Below, one piece after another: positions 30,120-40,562 of a stretch of DNA of 64,000 bases. Under the pieces are notes generated by a model. That model ran no database searches. It saw nothing but the letters and a program-made list of their open reading frames with translations, and was not told the origin of the DNA. Every line of letters begins with the position of its first letter. Within the stretch, counting starts at the first letter, position 1. Where the stretch lies: assembly GCA_963733055.1 (NCBI GenBank), contig CAVTBR010000002.1, forward strand, positions 1 through 64,000. The letters run 5' to 3'. The translations under genes and the position numbers were made by a program. The DNA is from Candidatus Bathyarchaeota archaeon (lineage in GTDB: Archaea; Thermoproteota; Bathyarchaeia; 40CM-2-53-6).

Positions 30120-31085
30120 CTAATCGTTGTATTTGTGGCAAGCAACGACCCTCCCCTGGTCCGTTTCCTTTAGAACGGGCCTTTCCACCCTGCACCTGTC
30201 GAATGCGTACTTGCACCGGTAGGCGAACTTGCACCCTACTTCTGGAATAGTTAACGTATCCTTCGTCTTTCCAGCCATTAAAGTGAGAGAACTTCGCTGC
30301 GAGTCCATCGAGAGCAGGGAATCTAGCAACATTTGGGTGTAGGGGTGCAGGGGTTCGAAGAGAACTTTTCGAATAGGCCCTCGTTCTACTATCTCCCCTG
30401 CGAACATTACGGCGATGTGATCAACAAGCCCGCCCAGGATAGCGATCTCGTGTGTGATGTAAAGAAGGGAGAGTCCGGATTCGGACACTTCCCTTGTCAG
30501 TAACCCGAGAATCTGTCGTTGAACGACAACGTCCAGAGCGGATGTTGGTTCATCGGCGATTAGTAATTTGGGCGATAGGGAAAGCGCAAGAGCAATGATT
30601 GCTCTCTGACGCATTCCTCCGCTCAGCTCATGACCAAAAGCATCAGCTCGCTCCTCTTTGATTCCAACATCACTCAGCAGCGCAAGCGCCTTATCCCTCG
30701 CGTCGGACTTCGAAATGTCGCTGTGGGTTCGAAGCACCTCGGTTATGTGGTTAGAGATTGTCTTGACGGGGTTTAGGGCGTTCATCGCGGACTGGTATAC
30801 CATCGACACTTCCTGCCACCTATACGCCCTGAGCTGACTCTTGCTCATCCCAAGAACGTCTTTACCCTCGAACTTGATTTCCCCGGATAACCTTCCCGGC
30901 CGCTCGATGAGGTTCATTATGCTCAAACCCAAGGTCGTCTTCCCGCTCCCCGACTCGCCTACAATACCGAGCGTGTACCCTGTCGAAGGAATCACGAGAG
31001 ACACATTGTCGGCCGCCCTTCGCGCTCCGACTCCCGACGTATACTGAACCGACACGTTGGACATCGAGAGCAGCTCGTTGGACAT
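30120..31085 (-). CDS. oppD: Oligopeptide/dipeptide ABC ATPase
   Basis: GESGSGKT, LSGGMRQR, DEPTSALD, HPYT and a C-terminal Cys cluster. Confidence 0.9.
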   Translation of the reverse strand: MSNELLSMSNVSVQYTSGVGARRAADNVSLVIPSTGYTLGIVGESGSGKTTLGLSIMNLIERPGRLSGEIKFEGKDVLGMSKSQLRAYRWQEVSMVYQSAMNALNPVKTISNHITEVLRTHSDISKSDARDKALALLSDVGIKEERADAFGHELSGGMRQRAIIALALSLSPKLLIADEPTSALDVVVQRQILGLLTREVSESGLSLLYITHEIAILGGLVDHIAVMFAGEIVERGPIRKVLFEPLHPYTQMLLDSLLSMDSQRSSLTLMAGKTKDTLTIPEVGCKFAYRCKYAFDRCRVERPVLKETDQGRVVACHKYND

Positions 31086-31087
31086 TT

Positions 31088-31897
31088 CTAGACCTCAGTT
31101 CTCAACCTTGGGTTCATTGTCTCCTCAACGGAGAACCCCAGGAGCGCGAATGCAGTCGCCACAACCGTAATGGACAAACCTGGGGCAAGAATCCACCACC
31201 AGTCGCCAGCATAGAAGGCAAACTGCTGTGCCCAGTACAGCATGCTTCCCCAGCTCACGATGTTTGGGTTTCCGACGCCGAGAAATTGCAACGCGGTCAC
31301 GAGCACGATCGCCGCCGCGACGGTGAGAACGAAGTAGGCTATGGCTAGGGAGGCTATTTCTGGAATTATGATTCGGCGGATAATCTCAAGGTCGCTCATT
31401 CCGCTAGTTCTCGCCGCGTCCACGTAGGGCCTTTCCCTCAACGACAAAACCTGAGACCGAATAGCTCGGGCGCTCACCGGCCACAACACAACGATGAGGA
31501 TCAAAGTGATGAGAGACGTTGTAGCGGGGTACAGAGAGCCGAGCAGCACCATCAAAGGTAACGGGGGAAAAGTAAGGACGACATCCGCTGTGCCCGTGAG
31601 TAGGCCCTCTAATCGAACGAAATAACCCGCCGTCACACCCGCGAGGAGACCGATCGTGACTGCGCCTGAGGCGGCGAGAATTCCAACCAGCATGGAAGGG
31701 TACGCTCCGTATATGACTTGGGTAAGCACGTCGTGCCCAAGGTAATCGGTACCGAGTGGATGAGAGTAATTTGGGCTGGTGTTTATGCTCGCGCTCGTTT
31801 GAGTTGGACCGTATGGCGTAAGGTACGGTCCGATTATCATGACTGCGAAAGCTGCGACGATTATGATCGCTCCTAGTTTTGCCGCTCTTGTCCTCAA
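31088..31897 (-). CDS. oppC: Oligopeptide ABC permease
   Basis: HPLGTD..G.D, YVDAAR..G, SWGSML and WWW.LAPG motifs. Confidence 0.9.
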   Translation of the reverse strand: MRTRAAKLGAIIIVAAFAVMIIGPYLTPYGPTQTSASINTSPNYSHPLGTDYLGHDVLTQVIYGAYPSMLVGILAASGAVTIGLLAGVTAGYFVRLEGLLTGTADVVLTFPPLPLMVLLGSLYPATTSLITLILIVVLWPVSARAIRSQVLSLRERPYVDAARTSGMSDLEIIRRIIIPEIASLAIAYFVLTVAAAIVLVTALQFLGVGNPNIVSWGSMLYWAQQFAFYAGDWWWILAPGLSITVVATAFALLGFSVEETMNPRLRTEV

Positions 31898-31959
31898 CAG
31901 GGAGGATGAAAGAGAATGTAGGTAGCGGTGCTTTCCGGCGAGTGATGTCTTCGTGTTGA

Positions 31960-32925
31960 CTACCTCCTTAGCCTCGGATCAAGTTTCAACATGATGAAGT
32001 CACCAATGAGCCCCCCTATGATGACTATGAGAGTCATGTAGAAGAAAGCGCCCTCCAGAACTGGATAGTCCCTGTTGAGGATCGCGTCCACAATCAGGTC
32101 GCCAACCCCGGTGTACCCGAAGACTACTTCAACCAACACGACGGCACTCATGAGGCTGGCGAGCGAATACCCTAGGAGCGATACAACTGGCAATAGGGAA
32201 TTTCGAAGAACATACCCGAACGCGATCGTCCTCTCCTTGAGCCCACGAGATTTTGCGGCTAAGACATAATCGCTCTTCAGCGCCTCTTGAGCCGCTCCTC
32301 TTAGAACAAAATAGTTCTGTCCAAACACGACGGCAGTAAGCGTAACAATGGGAAGAATGGCGTGGGTAATCACGGACCTAGCGTAGTTTAGGCCCGTTCC
32401 CGGATTGAAATCGATGTTCCCAAAAACGGGCAGCCATCTTGCAGTGACCGCGAAAATCCAAATGAGGATCATCGCGATCCAAAAGGCGGGTGTCGACCAA
32501 AACAAAATTGAAGTGTAAAGGGAAGCGATCTCGAACTTTCCCCCGCGGCGGAGGGAGCTTATCCCGGCGAGAAGGTAGCTGATTTGAAAGGAGAGAAAAA
32601 AGCTCGTGATAACGAGCAGTATCGTCCAGGGTAGACGGGCTAGAATGAGGTCGGTTACGGTAATAGGATAGTAGTTGAAGGACACGCCGAAGTACGGAGG
32701 CCACGAGAAGACTCCCTTCAGGAACAAGTAATACTGGACGTATTCCGGCTGATTAAGGCCGAATCTCGCCTCCAGAAGCAAAATCTCATTTTGAGGCAGT
32801 TTGGTTCCCGATGCAAAAATCTCCGCAGCATTTCCAGGAACAAGCCTTGGTAGTATGAAGTCTAAGTTCAGGGCGATGATGAATACTGCGATGGAGATCA
32901 GCACCCTACGTTTTAGAAAGTCCAT
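31960..32925 (-). CDS. oppB: Oligopeptide ABC permease
   Basis: LPRLVPG, DYVLAAKSRGL, RDYPV and LDPR motifs. Confidence 0.9.
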   Translation of the reverse strand: MDFLKRRVLISIAVFIIALNLDFILPRLVPGNAAEIFASGTKLPQNEILLLEARFGLNQPEYVQYYLFLKGVFSWPPYFGVSFNYYPITVTDLILARLPWTILLVITSFFLSFQISYLLAGISSLRRGGKFEIASLYTSILFWSTPAFWIAMILIWIFAVTARWLPVFGNIDFNPGTGLNYARSVITHAILPIVTLTAVVFGQNYFVLRGAAQEALKSDYVLAAKSRGLKERTIAFGYVLRNSLLPVVSLLGYSLASLMSAVVLVEVVFGYTGVGDLIVDAILNRDYPVLEGAFFYMTLIVIIGGLIGDFIMLKLDPRLRR

Positions 32926-32993
32926 TCAAACTACCTTTGCCTCTCCGCTAGCGAGAGGCCTTCAATTGGTTCGCTAGTCGCTAATCGCAGTTT

Positions 32994-34793
32994 CTATGGA
33001 CTCTTGGCTTTTGATTTGCGACGCATGAAATAAGCGGCGCCGCCTACAATTACCACAATAACGACTCCTACCGCGCTGAGCGTAACATAATCGGGTCCAG
33101 CAGCTGCGGATGTTGTGGTCGTTGAACTTGTGCTCGTGGCCGCCCCTACGGGTTGGAGGTTTACGAAGGCGGTGCCATTCATGATTTGGGCGCCGTACTC
33201 TATGTAGCCGGTTGGCCAGTTGGTCCAGTATTGGGTGTTGTAGGCCCAGACGGCGTCTGGGTATGCCATGATAATCGTTGGAAGGTATTGGGCGTTTAGG
33301 GCCTGGATGTTGTGTAGGTATTGCTGCTCCATGGCTGGGTCAGCGGTTTGTTGGAAGGCGGTGAAGTTGCTTTGGTATTGCGCGTCGATGTTTGGAGGGT
33401 ATTCCCAGTGGTGATTCGCGGTTGAAGGGAGCCAGTATACGTTCCAACCCTGGAGGCTGTCAAGGTACGGGTTGCCCCAGACGGGCGCGTTTGCGGTGAA
33501 CAGAATCATTGCGCTTCTTATTCCGTTTGTGTTGCTTGCGTAGTTGCCTACAATGCTTGAAGCGGAGGTTGTCTGGAGGTTGACCTTGAATCCCAAGGTC
33601 TGTAAGTTACCTTGAATTACGCTTGCGCCGACGGTGTCGATTGTATTGTCAGTGTCCGTCCACAGACTCAATGTGATGGCTGTTCCGTTCGGGTAATGCA
33701 GAAAGCCGTCTGACGCTTTTGTAATTCCGATCTGATTTAGCAGCGCCAACGATTTCGTTTGATCAAATGAATACTGGGCAATACTTGGGTTATACCAAAA
33801 CGTTGCAGACGGGGACACTACTCCCTCCGCCGAGTATCCAGTTAAGCCGTAGCCGTTCAACGCTTGGTTGACGAAGGCGTTCTGATCGATACCGAAAGCT
33901 AGCGCTTGCCTGAAGTTTGTCATATTGTAGGGGTACATGGAGTCATTGTACTCCAACGAACTGCCGTAGAGACCTTTCTCGTCCAGAATGTGCATGTTCG
34001 CATTCTGCAGCACGGCCTGTACGTTCGACGGCTCAACCAGAGCCAAATCCGTCGAACCCGACTGCAGGATACCGGTCGTGAGTGAGAGCGACTCGACGAA
34101 GTTAACGTCGATCTCGCTGATCTGAGGTTGAGTCGTGAAGTATGGGTTCCTGAGCATCACCATTTGGGTCTGCCCTGATTGATAGTTACTAACGTAGAAC
34201 GGCCCGGATACCACGTCTGTTCCGAAGTTGTTTGAGGCGGCTCCCTGACTCTGAATGAATGAGGATGGATATACGGGGGTATACAGGTCCCAGTTGAACT
34301 TGTCCGGCCAATGTGCGTCGGGCGTATTCAACTCATAAACTGCTGCACTACTGTTTAGCGCAGATTGTGACTTCACTTCCGGCCCCATCGCGAGGTAGTC
34401 GTAAGTCGCGTTGAATCCGAATTTCGGTCCGAAGGTATCGAGAATGTCCTTAGAGGTTATGGCTGTGCCGTCAGACCACTTCAGGCCTGGTTTGATGTTG
34501 AACGTCCACTGAGTATAGTTGTCGTTATGGGCGATCCAATCTGTTACAGCGAGTGAATTGTCCAGAGTCCCATCGGGAGCGGCGACGGGGGAGCCGTAGT
34601 ATTGCATTCCTATGAGGAGGCCACCAGACGTGCCGGAGACCAGAGTGTTGGGGTTGATGCTGCTCGGTGCTCGAATGAGTGTCAGCCTGAACGTAGTACC
34701 ATTCTGAGCATTAGCTCTCGAGGCCATGAGAGGAATCATGCTGACAATAATCAGCATTGCACAAACGAACGTAATACTCCTTCTTGAGAACAA
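32994..34793 (-). CDS. oppA: ABC substrate-binding protein family 5 with S/T linker and C-terminal TM anchor
   Basis: WTFNIKPGLKWSDG, GPFYV, RNPY and FRQAL motifs; archaeal S/T linker, TM helix and basic tail. Confidence 0.85.
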   Translation of the reverse strand: MFSRRSITFVCAMLIIVSMIPLMASRANAQNGTTFRLTLIRAPSSINPNTLVSGTSGGLLIGMQYYGSPVAAPDGTLDNSLAVTDWIAHNDNYTQWTFNIKPGLKWSDGTAITSKDILDTFGPKFGFNATYDYLAMGPEVKSQSALNSSAAVYELNTPDAHWPDKFNWDLYTPVYPSSFIQSQGAASNNFGTDVVSGPFYVSNYQSGQTQMVMLRNPYFTTQPQISEIDVNFVESLSLTTGILQSGSTDLALVEPSNVQAVLQNANMHILDEKGLYGSSLEYNDSMYPYNMTNFRQALAFGIDQNAFVNQALNGYGLTGYSAEGVVSPSATFWYNPSIAQYSFDQTKSLALLNQIGITKASDGFLHYPNGTAITLSLWTDTDNTIDTVGASVIQGNLQTLGFKVNLQTTSASSIVGNYASNTNGIRSAMILFTANAPVWGNPYLDSLQGWNVYWLPSTANHHWEYPPNIDAQYQSNFTAFQQTADPAMEQQYLHNIQALNAQYLPTIIMAYPDAVWAYNTQYWTNWPTGYIEYGAQIMNGTAFVNLQPVGAATSTSSTTTTSAAAGPDYVTLSAVGVVIVVIVGGAAYFMRRKSKAKSP

Positions 34794-34836
34794 AGTCTCT
34801 CACGACACGTGTATTGCCGATCAACAAATGCGAAGT

Positions 34837-36415
34837 TTATTCTGGTGGAATTTGCGCCCACACTTTGGTTAGGTCTATTCCGTGAGCTTTGTTGTAGAAG
34901 TAGGAGGCCGCGAAAATTGCTATGGGTATCAGTACGACGACTACGATGATCACTTGCGCTTGAGAGCTGAATGAGGCTACTGCTGGGTTCGTCACTGCGT
35001 TAAATCCCAAGTAACCAAAGAGGATCGCGCCTATTACCCCAAGAAGGGATATGACCGGAAATCCGCCTATTCGCGCTTTCCATGATGCGGCCTCGAAAAT
35101 GGCTTTCCTGCGGAACGGAAGAATGATCGCGCCCAAGGCCGTTAGGAACCAAACGACCGCGAACAGAAAGATCCCGTTTACTTGAGTCGTGATGAATGAG
35201 ACGAAGAAGTACAGGTACATTGGAACGAGAGTGCAAGCTGAGGCAACGATGATCGCGACATAAGGCGTGTGGAATCTGTCGCTGACGTTGGCTAGTGCAG
35301 TGGGGACAGTTCTGTCGAATGCCCAAGACATGAAAAGTCGACTTATGAATACGATCCCGAGCCAGCCCCAACCAATGTTACCTACGAACAACCCGCCTAC
35401 AATTATCCAGAGCAGCACGCTGCTTGGGTTGAATAATGTGACAAAGACCGTCGGAACAATTGAAAACCCTCCCCCTACCGTTAGCGTCCAGGCTTCAAGG
35501 AATGAGATTCCTACCAAGTTGTCAAAAATGTATGTAAGACCGAACCAGACCAGGATCGATACGATCTCTGCGAGAACCAATCCGATTAGAAGAGATCGGC
35601 GCAGGATTCTTGATCTCGCTACCCACCATCTGCATGACCGGGTAGGGTCCAATGCTAACGAATAGCAGCGGAACAACGGCGCCGAGGGCAACGAGCGACG
35701 TACCCGGCATGTAACCCTTTGCCGCCGCATCCGAGAACACCTTAGCAACGCCTCCAGGGAAGTATTGGGCGTAGGCTGCGCTAAAGTCAGCGGGTGAATG
35801 AATCATGAATGTCACGACAGTTAGAAGCAGTACGACTGCTCCGTATGCAAAAAACGCAAGTACAATTGCCCTGAACACTCTCCCTCCCGCTATGATCGCC
35901 GCTGTTCCAATAATCAGAATGACCACACTGATTGCGAAAAGGGTGATTGGGGAAGAAGTAGTCCAGGGGGTAATGAAGTTGCCCAGGTTTGTAATGTTTG
36001 GGTCATTTAATACCGAACCTGCAAACGACAATTGGGTTCCTGACTCTGCGAACGCCCAATATGAGTTGGAACCAGCTGATGTCAGAGATGCAATGAAGAA
36101 CAGGAAGCTGGCGACAAAACCAAGAGGCCCAGCAATTGATCGAGAGATGAAAACGTAATCCCCTCCCGATCGAGGCATTACCACGGTCACCTGCCAATAG
36201 AGCAAGACGATAACGATGGCGATAACAGCCCACACGCCCAATGCCGCGTAATAGTTAACGTTCTGATAGTAGTCGGGCGTGAGCCAGAAGATCCCGGCCC
36301 AGCTTGTCAACCAAGGAAAGTAAATGATGCTCCAAACGAAGACGTCAAGTGAGGAAAGCTGCCGTACTAGTCCAGTAGCTTCACGAACAAACAGAGTCGG
36401 ATGGGCTTTAGCCAA
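34837..36415 (-). CDS. APC-family permease (frameshift near 35600)
   Basis: FVREATGLVR, MPRSGGDYV; SEIKNP-RRSL restored by deleting one base; SWAFDR and QIPPE end. Confidence 0.85.
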
Positions 36416-36480
36416 ACCATTAACCTAGGCGTTTAGCTGAGGTTATAACAGATATAAGACCTACCATAACCCTCGATCGG

Positions 36481-37236
36481 ATGGGTGAGTCAAGCGTGAT
36501 CTTTGAAGGGATTTCCATTGTGGACGCCCATTGCCACATTGGCTATTTTGGGGGATGGGCGAATGTAGGAATTACAGCTGAGGAATTGATTGCGGTAAAT
36601 AAGAAATTCAATGTAACTCACTCGATCGTTTTCACGTTACCGAACAGCCTTTCGATTGAGGCTTCGGAGAAGTACCCGAATGATATTTCCAGTTACGTTT
36701 GGCTTAACCCGTTTGAGGGAGAGAAGGCCGTAAACGAGCTGCGCACCTCTGTGAAGGAGCATGGTTGCAAGGGGGTAAAATTACATCCCTTGTTTCAGGC
36801 ATTCATCGCGGACGACCCGATTGTTTACCCGATTATGGACGAGGCTAGACGGCTGAAGGTGCCTGTAGCAATTCATTCCGGTCACCCGCCCTTCTCCCTC
36901 CCCTGGAGTATTGGAGAATTAGCGGAAGTCTACCCGGACGTTACTATTGTGATGCTCCACATGGGCCACGGTCACGGACTCTACATACGAGCCGCAATCA
37001 ATACAGCAAAAAGATACCCGAACATCGTACTGGAAACATCAGGCATGCCAATGCACACCAAAATCAAAGAAGCCATGGACACCGTTGGAGATGATCGCGT
37101 GATGTATGGATCAGATATGCCATTTCATCATCCTTCAGTCGAACTGCAACGCGTCAAGATGGCCGGGCTAACCGAGAGTCAGCTCAGAAGGCTACTGCAC
37201 GACAATGCAGCTGAGAAATTGGGACTGACCGTATAA
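36481..37236 (+). CDS. TIM-barrel amidohydrolase (Amidohydro_2-like)
   Basis: DAHCH, GVKLHP, IHSG, LHMG and YGSD motifs. Confidence 0.85.
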   Translation: MGESSVIFEGISIVDAHCHIGYFGGWANVGITAEELIAVNKKFNVTHSIVFTLPNSLSIEASEKYPNDISSYVWLNPFEGEKAVNELRTSVKEHGCKGVKLHPLFQAFIADDPIVYPIMDEARRLKVPVAIHSGHPPFSLPWSIGELAEVYPDVTIVMLHMGHGHGLYIRAAINTAKRYPNIVLETSGMPMHTKIKEAMDTVGDDRVMYGSDMPFHHPSVELQRVKMAGLTESQLRRLLHDNAAEKLGLTV

Positions 37237-37238
37237 AT

Positions 37239-38594
37239 TTACTCGAAAACTATCTTCCCCGGGTTCATTATGTTGTCTGGGTCTAGCGATTTCTTGATTC
37301 GTCGCATTAGTACGAGAAGGTTCTTGTCATCGAATTCATACGGGTAGAATTCTCTTTTCAGGAACCCTATTCCGTGAACCGCTGAAACGGTAGCGCCCTC
37401 TTCCGCGGCGAATTTGAGCATCTCCGCTGTCGCCGCGTTCTTCACCTTCAATCCTGTTTCACTGTTGTCGAATGCGTACATCACCCACAGTTGAGTGGGA
37501 ATCAGATTGAACCCGCCCCCATGCCATTTCATTCCGTGCTTGAGCGCAATCGAGCGCCACTCATAGTACACTGAAATGATTTGGTCGAGCGGTAACGTGA
37601 CGCTTTCCATTCCGTAGACTTGATTATCGGGTAGGTTTGCCGGAAAGGCTTCGTGATGGCTCTTCCAAAAATCCGTTACAGCTTGCTTGCCTGCGTCAAC
37701 TCCCCCATTCGATTCACAAACTGAAAGAGCCCTGTCCCTTTGGGCTGCTACCACCTCTTTGACTCCAGCGAAACCGAGAACTAGCATCCCGAAGGAGGTA
37801 ACCTCTGACCCAGAGGTCTTTGGCGCCACTTTGACTACATCTACACAGTGATGAATCCCCAAACGGAGCCCCAATCGTCCGAGTTCCATCGATGCCTTCG
37901 AAGCCTGCTTGAAATCGTCGAACACGAGAATTCGTGTTTCTGTGGCTTCCGGCATCGGGAACGTTTTCAATGTTGCCTGAGTAACCACTCCAAGAACTCC
38001 CTCAGCCGCGACAAATAAGTGGGTCAAGTTGAGCGCGGAGGTTGGTCGGTCCAACGGTCGCCCCGTACTAACAATTGTTCCATCGGCCAACACGACACGG
38101 AGGCGGAGAACTCTCTGCCTCATCGACCCCAGATTACTGTACCATCCGTCGCCGCCTATCTGGTCTGTTGAGATTGAGCCTCCAATCGAAACGACCGGCC
38201 CACTTCCCGGATCAAAACCCAGCGTAAGACCTCGCTTGTTGAGTTCATCTTCAATTGCCAGAATATTCGCGCCGGTTTCGGCCGTAACATGGTAGTTCCG
38301 CTCATCGATCTCCAGGATTTTATTCATCGCCGTGAGATCGATCATCATGCCGCCCTGGAGCGCTACTGCTCCGCCGACGAATCCTGTCCCTGCCCCTCTG
38401 GGGGTGATGGGTATCTTCTCACGGGCAGCGAGCTTCACCAGTTCCGATACTTGCTCTTCTGAAGTAGGGATCACTACGACATCCGGTGGGAAACCGTGAT
38501 CGAGGTCAATGAAATCCGTCGAGTGATCTTGGAAATAGTATGCTCTTTCGGAGTAAGTAGTCCTCACGTTCTTTGGCCCGACGATGGCTTTCAC
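37239..38594 (-). CDS. FAD-binding oxidoreductase (GlcD/D-lactate dehydrogenase-like)
   Basis: PRGAGTG..GG, SIGG, AAEGVLGVVT, HGIG and LDPDNIMNPGK motifs. Confidence 0.85.
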   Translation of the reverse strand: MKAIVGPKNVRTTYSERAYYFQDHSTDFIDLDHGFPPDVVVIPTSEEQVSELVKLAAREKIPITPRGAGTGFVGGAVALQGGMMIDLTAMNKILEIDERNYHVTAETGANILAIEDELNKRGLTLGFDPGSGPVVSIGGSISTDQIGGDGWYSNLGSMRQRVLRLRVVLADGTIVSTGRPLDRPTSALNLTHLFVAAEGVLGVVTQATLKTFPMPEATETRILVFDDFKQASKASMELGRLGLRLGIHHCVDVVKVAPKTSGSEVTSFGMLVLGFAGVKEVVAAQRDRALSVCESNGGVDAGKQAVTDFWKSHHEAFPANLPDNQVYGMESVTLPLDQIISVYYEWRSIALKHGMKWHGGGFNLIPTQLWVMYAFDNSETGLKVKNAATAEMLKFAAEEGATVSAVHGIGFLKREFYPYEFDDKNLLVLMRRIKKSLDPDNIMNPGKIVFE

Positions 38595-38889
38595 TTCATC
38601 CAGCCAACCTAGCCGGGGGCAACTTCGGCTGCCTTGCTTGACGGCACCTGACTTTGATAGTATTTCACGTCACAATCGTGGTGCACTAAGCCCTTCACCG
38701 CGGAGTAATCTGGGCGTTCATCTTTCCTGATTTCTTTACCACAATGAGCACAACGTGACAACTCTCGAGCCTCTCTGTTCACGTAGAGCTAGATTTTCGG
38801 CCTTAATTCCTTTCGTCAGACTATCAGTAATCGGTCGCTGGCTAGAAGAAAGGCCATAAGAAGCACCAAGCCATTGCGAGCGGCTTGCT

Positions 38890-39291
38890 ATGGTACGTTG
38901 CTCGACGATCATCAGATTTCTGACTTGGCTGGTAAACAGGACGCCAGAAGCAAAGGATAAAGCGGCTAACTGGAGCAAAACAATTCAGTTTACGCTAACG
39001 GGGGAAGACCCATTCTACGTGACATTCATTGACAAAAGGATGAGTTACCACCCAGGCACAGCGGGGGCTCCTGACCTAGAGTTCGTTTCCAAGTCCAAAG
39101 ATTTTTTCGACATAATAACTGGAAAGGCAAGGTTTGATCAAGGCTTCTCGAATGGAACATACACGATACATGGATCAATCACGGATGCTGTTCGATTAAT
39201 GAGGGTCGCCGAGCTGGCATTTGAAGCGCATCCGTTGCTCGACAGAATAGTGCGGGCCGCGATGGGAATTACCCCCCAACGGCATTCTTGA
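38890..39291 (+). CDS. SCP2 sterol-carrier-domain protein, copy 1
   Basis: W...IQF...F.V......G....PD...F..I.TG pattern; paralog of 60882-61280. Confidence 0.7.
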   Translation: MVRCSTIIRFLTWLVNRTPEAKDKAANWSKTIQFTLTGEDPFYVTFIDKRMSYHPGTAGAPDLEFVSKSKDFFDIITGKARFDQGFSNGTYTIHGSITDAVRLMRVAELAFEAHPLLDRIVRAAMGITPQRHS

Positions 39292-39358
39292 AGGGGCGGA
39301 TAAGTCATAAATACGCACCTCACGAGCCTACCCCGTTTTCAATAATCTTCCAAATTAG

Positions 39359-40472
39359 GTGAATTCACTGCTCCTCTTTGCTCCTTTCGTGATTGAACTT
39401 CCTCCCGAGGTGCGCAAAGCAATGGCGAAGCAAGTCATCCATCCTGATCTCGATGAAGCGTTCTTTGACCTCTACGACAGCGTAGTGCGTAAGACCAGTA
39501 AGATCTACGGGACTGCGAAATGACCTATTCATTATCCCAGGAGAAGGAATGGTCGCACTTGACGCAGCAGTCGCCAACCTAGTCGAGAAGGGAGACCGAG
39601 TTCTTTCCATCTCTTCGGGATTCTATGGTGATGGACTAAGAGAGTTTGCGGTGAACTATGGTGGCGACGCGACCCTATTGCGTAGCGAGGATGGCGATAT
39701 TGTCGAACCAGCCGATATCGAGAGGCAACTCGAAAAGGATCCACAGATCAAGGTTGCAACCTTTGTTCATGTCGAGACACCTTGCGGAACACTTGGCCCA
39801 TTGGCTGAGGTTGGGAAGATTTGTGATGACCATGGAGTCATCTTGATAGCCGACACCATAACATCCGTGGGCGGCGTCCCAGTGAACGCAGATCGGAACC
39901 ATGTCGATGTTGTCCTTGGGGCCAGCCAAAAGTGCTTCAGTGCACCACCCGGCCTAGCAATGATTTCCGTGAGCCCGAGGGCATGGGAAAAGATTGAGAG
40001 GCGAAAGGAGAAGGTCCCCTCATTCTATCTCGATCTTTTGCCCTGGAAGAATATGTGGCTTAAGAAACGCGAGTTCCCCTACACACAGTCTGTATCCGAT
40101 ATCTTCGCCCTCAACGCAGGTTTGGACCTCATTCTTAAGGAAGGATTGAATCGGGTTTATGCGAGGCATCGGAAGGTAGCCGATTTCGTGCGCGATTCTT
40201 GTCGAGACATTGGGCTTGAAATCTTCGCAAAACGGAGAGAAATCTCTTCCAAAACTGTGACGGCCGTTAAGGTGCCCGCGGGTATAGATGAGAAACAATT
40301 GAGAATGGTGATGGCAAAGCGTCACGGAGTCATCATATCCCACTCCTGGGGGAAGACCGCGGGCAAAGTTGTTCTTCTCGGTCACACCGGGTACAATGCC
40401 CAAGAGAAGAAGGCTCGGATCGCCATGAGCGCACTTTCAAAGTCTTTGAAAAGTCTAGGTTTCAAAAAGTAA
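39359..40472 (+). CDS. Class V PLP aminotransferase (alanine-glyoxylate/PucG-like), frameshift near 39515
   Basis: Upstream frame from GTG 39359 (MNSLLLFAP...HPDLD) joins ORF 39549 after removing one base; HVETPCG, ASQKC and GHTG motifs. Confidence 0.85.
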
Positions 40473-40562
40473 ATTCGCATTGTATGAGACTTGTTACGAC
40501 TGCCATTCAATTTCCGGTTTGCCGTTGGACGGCACGGGAGGATCGCGCGAAATGCGCCGAAT

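Noticed and set aside
30117-30234. N-terminal extension of the OppF ORF
   Set aside because: It overlaps the oppD 3' end; the real start lies downstream.
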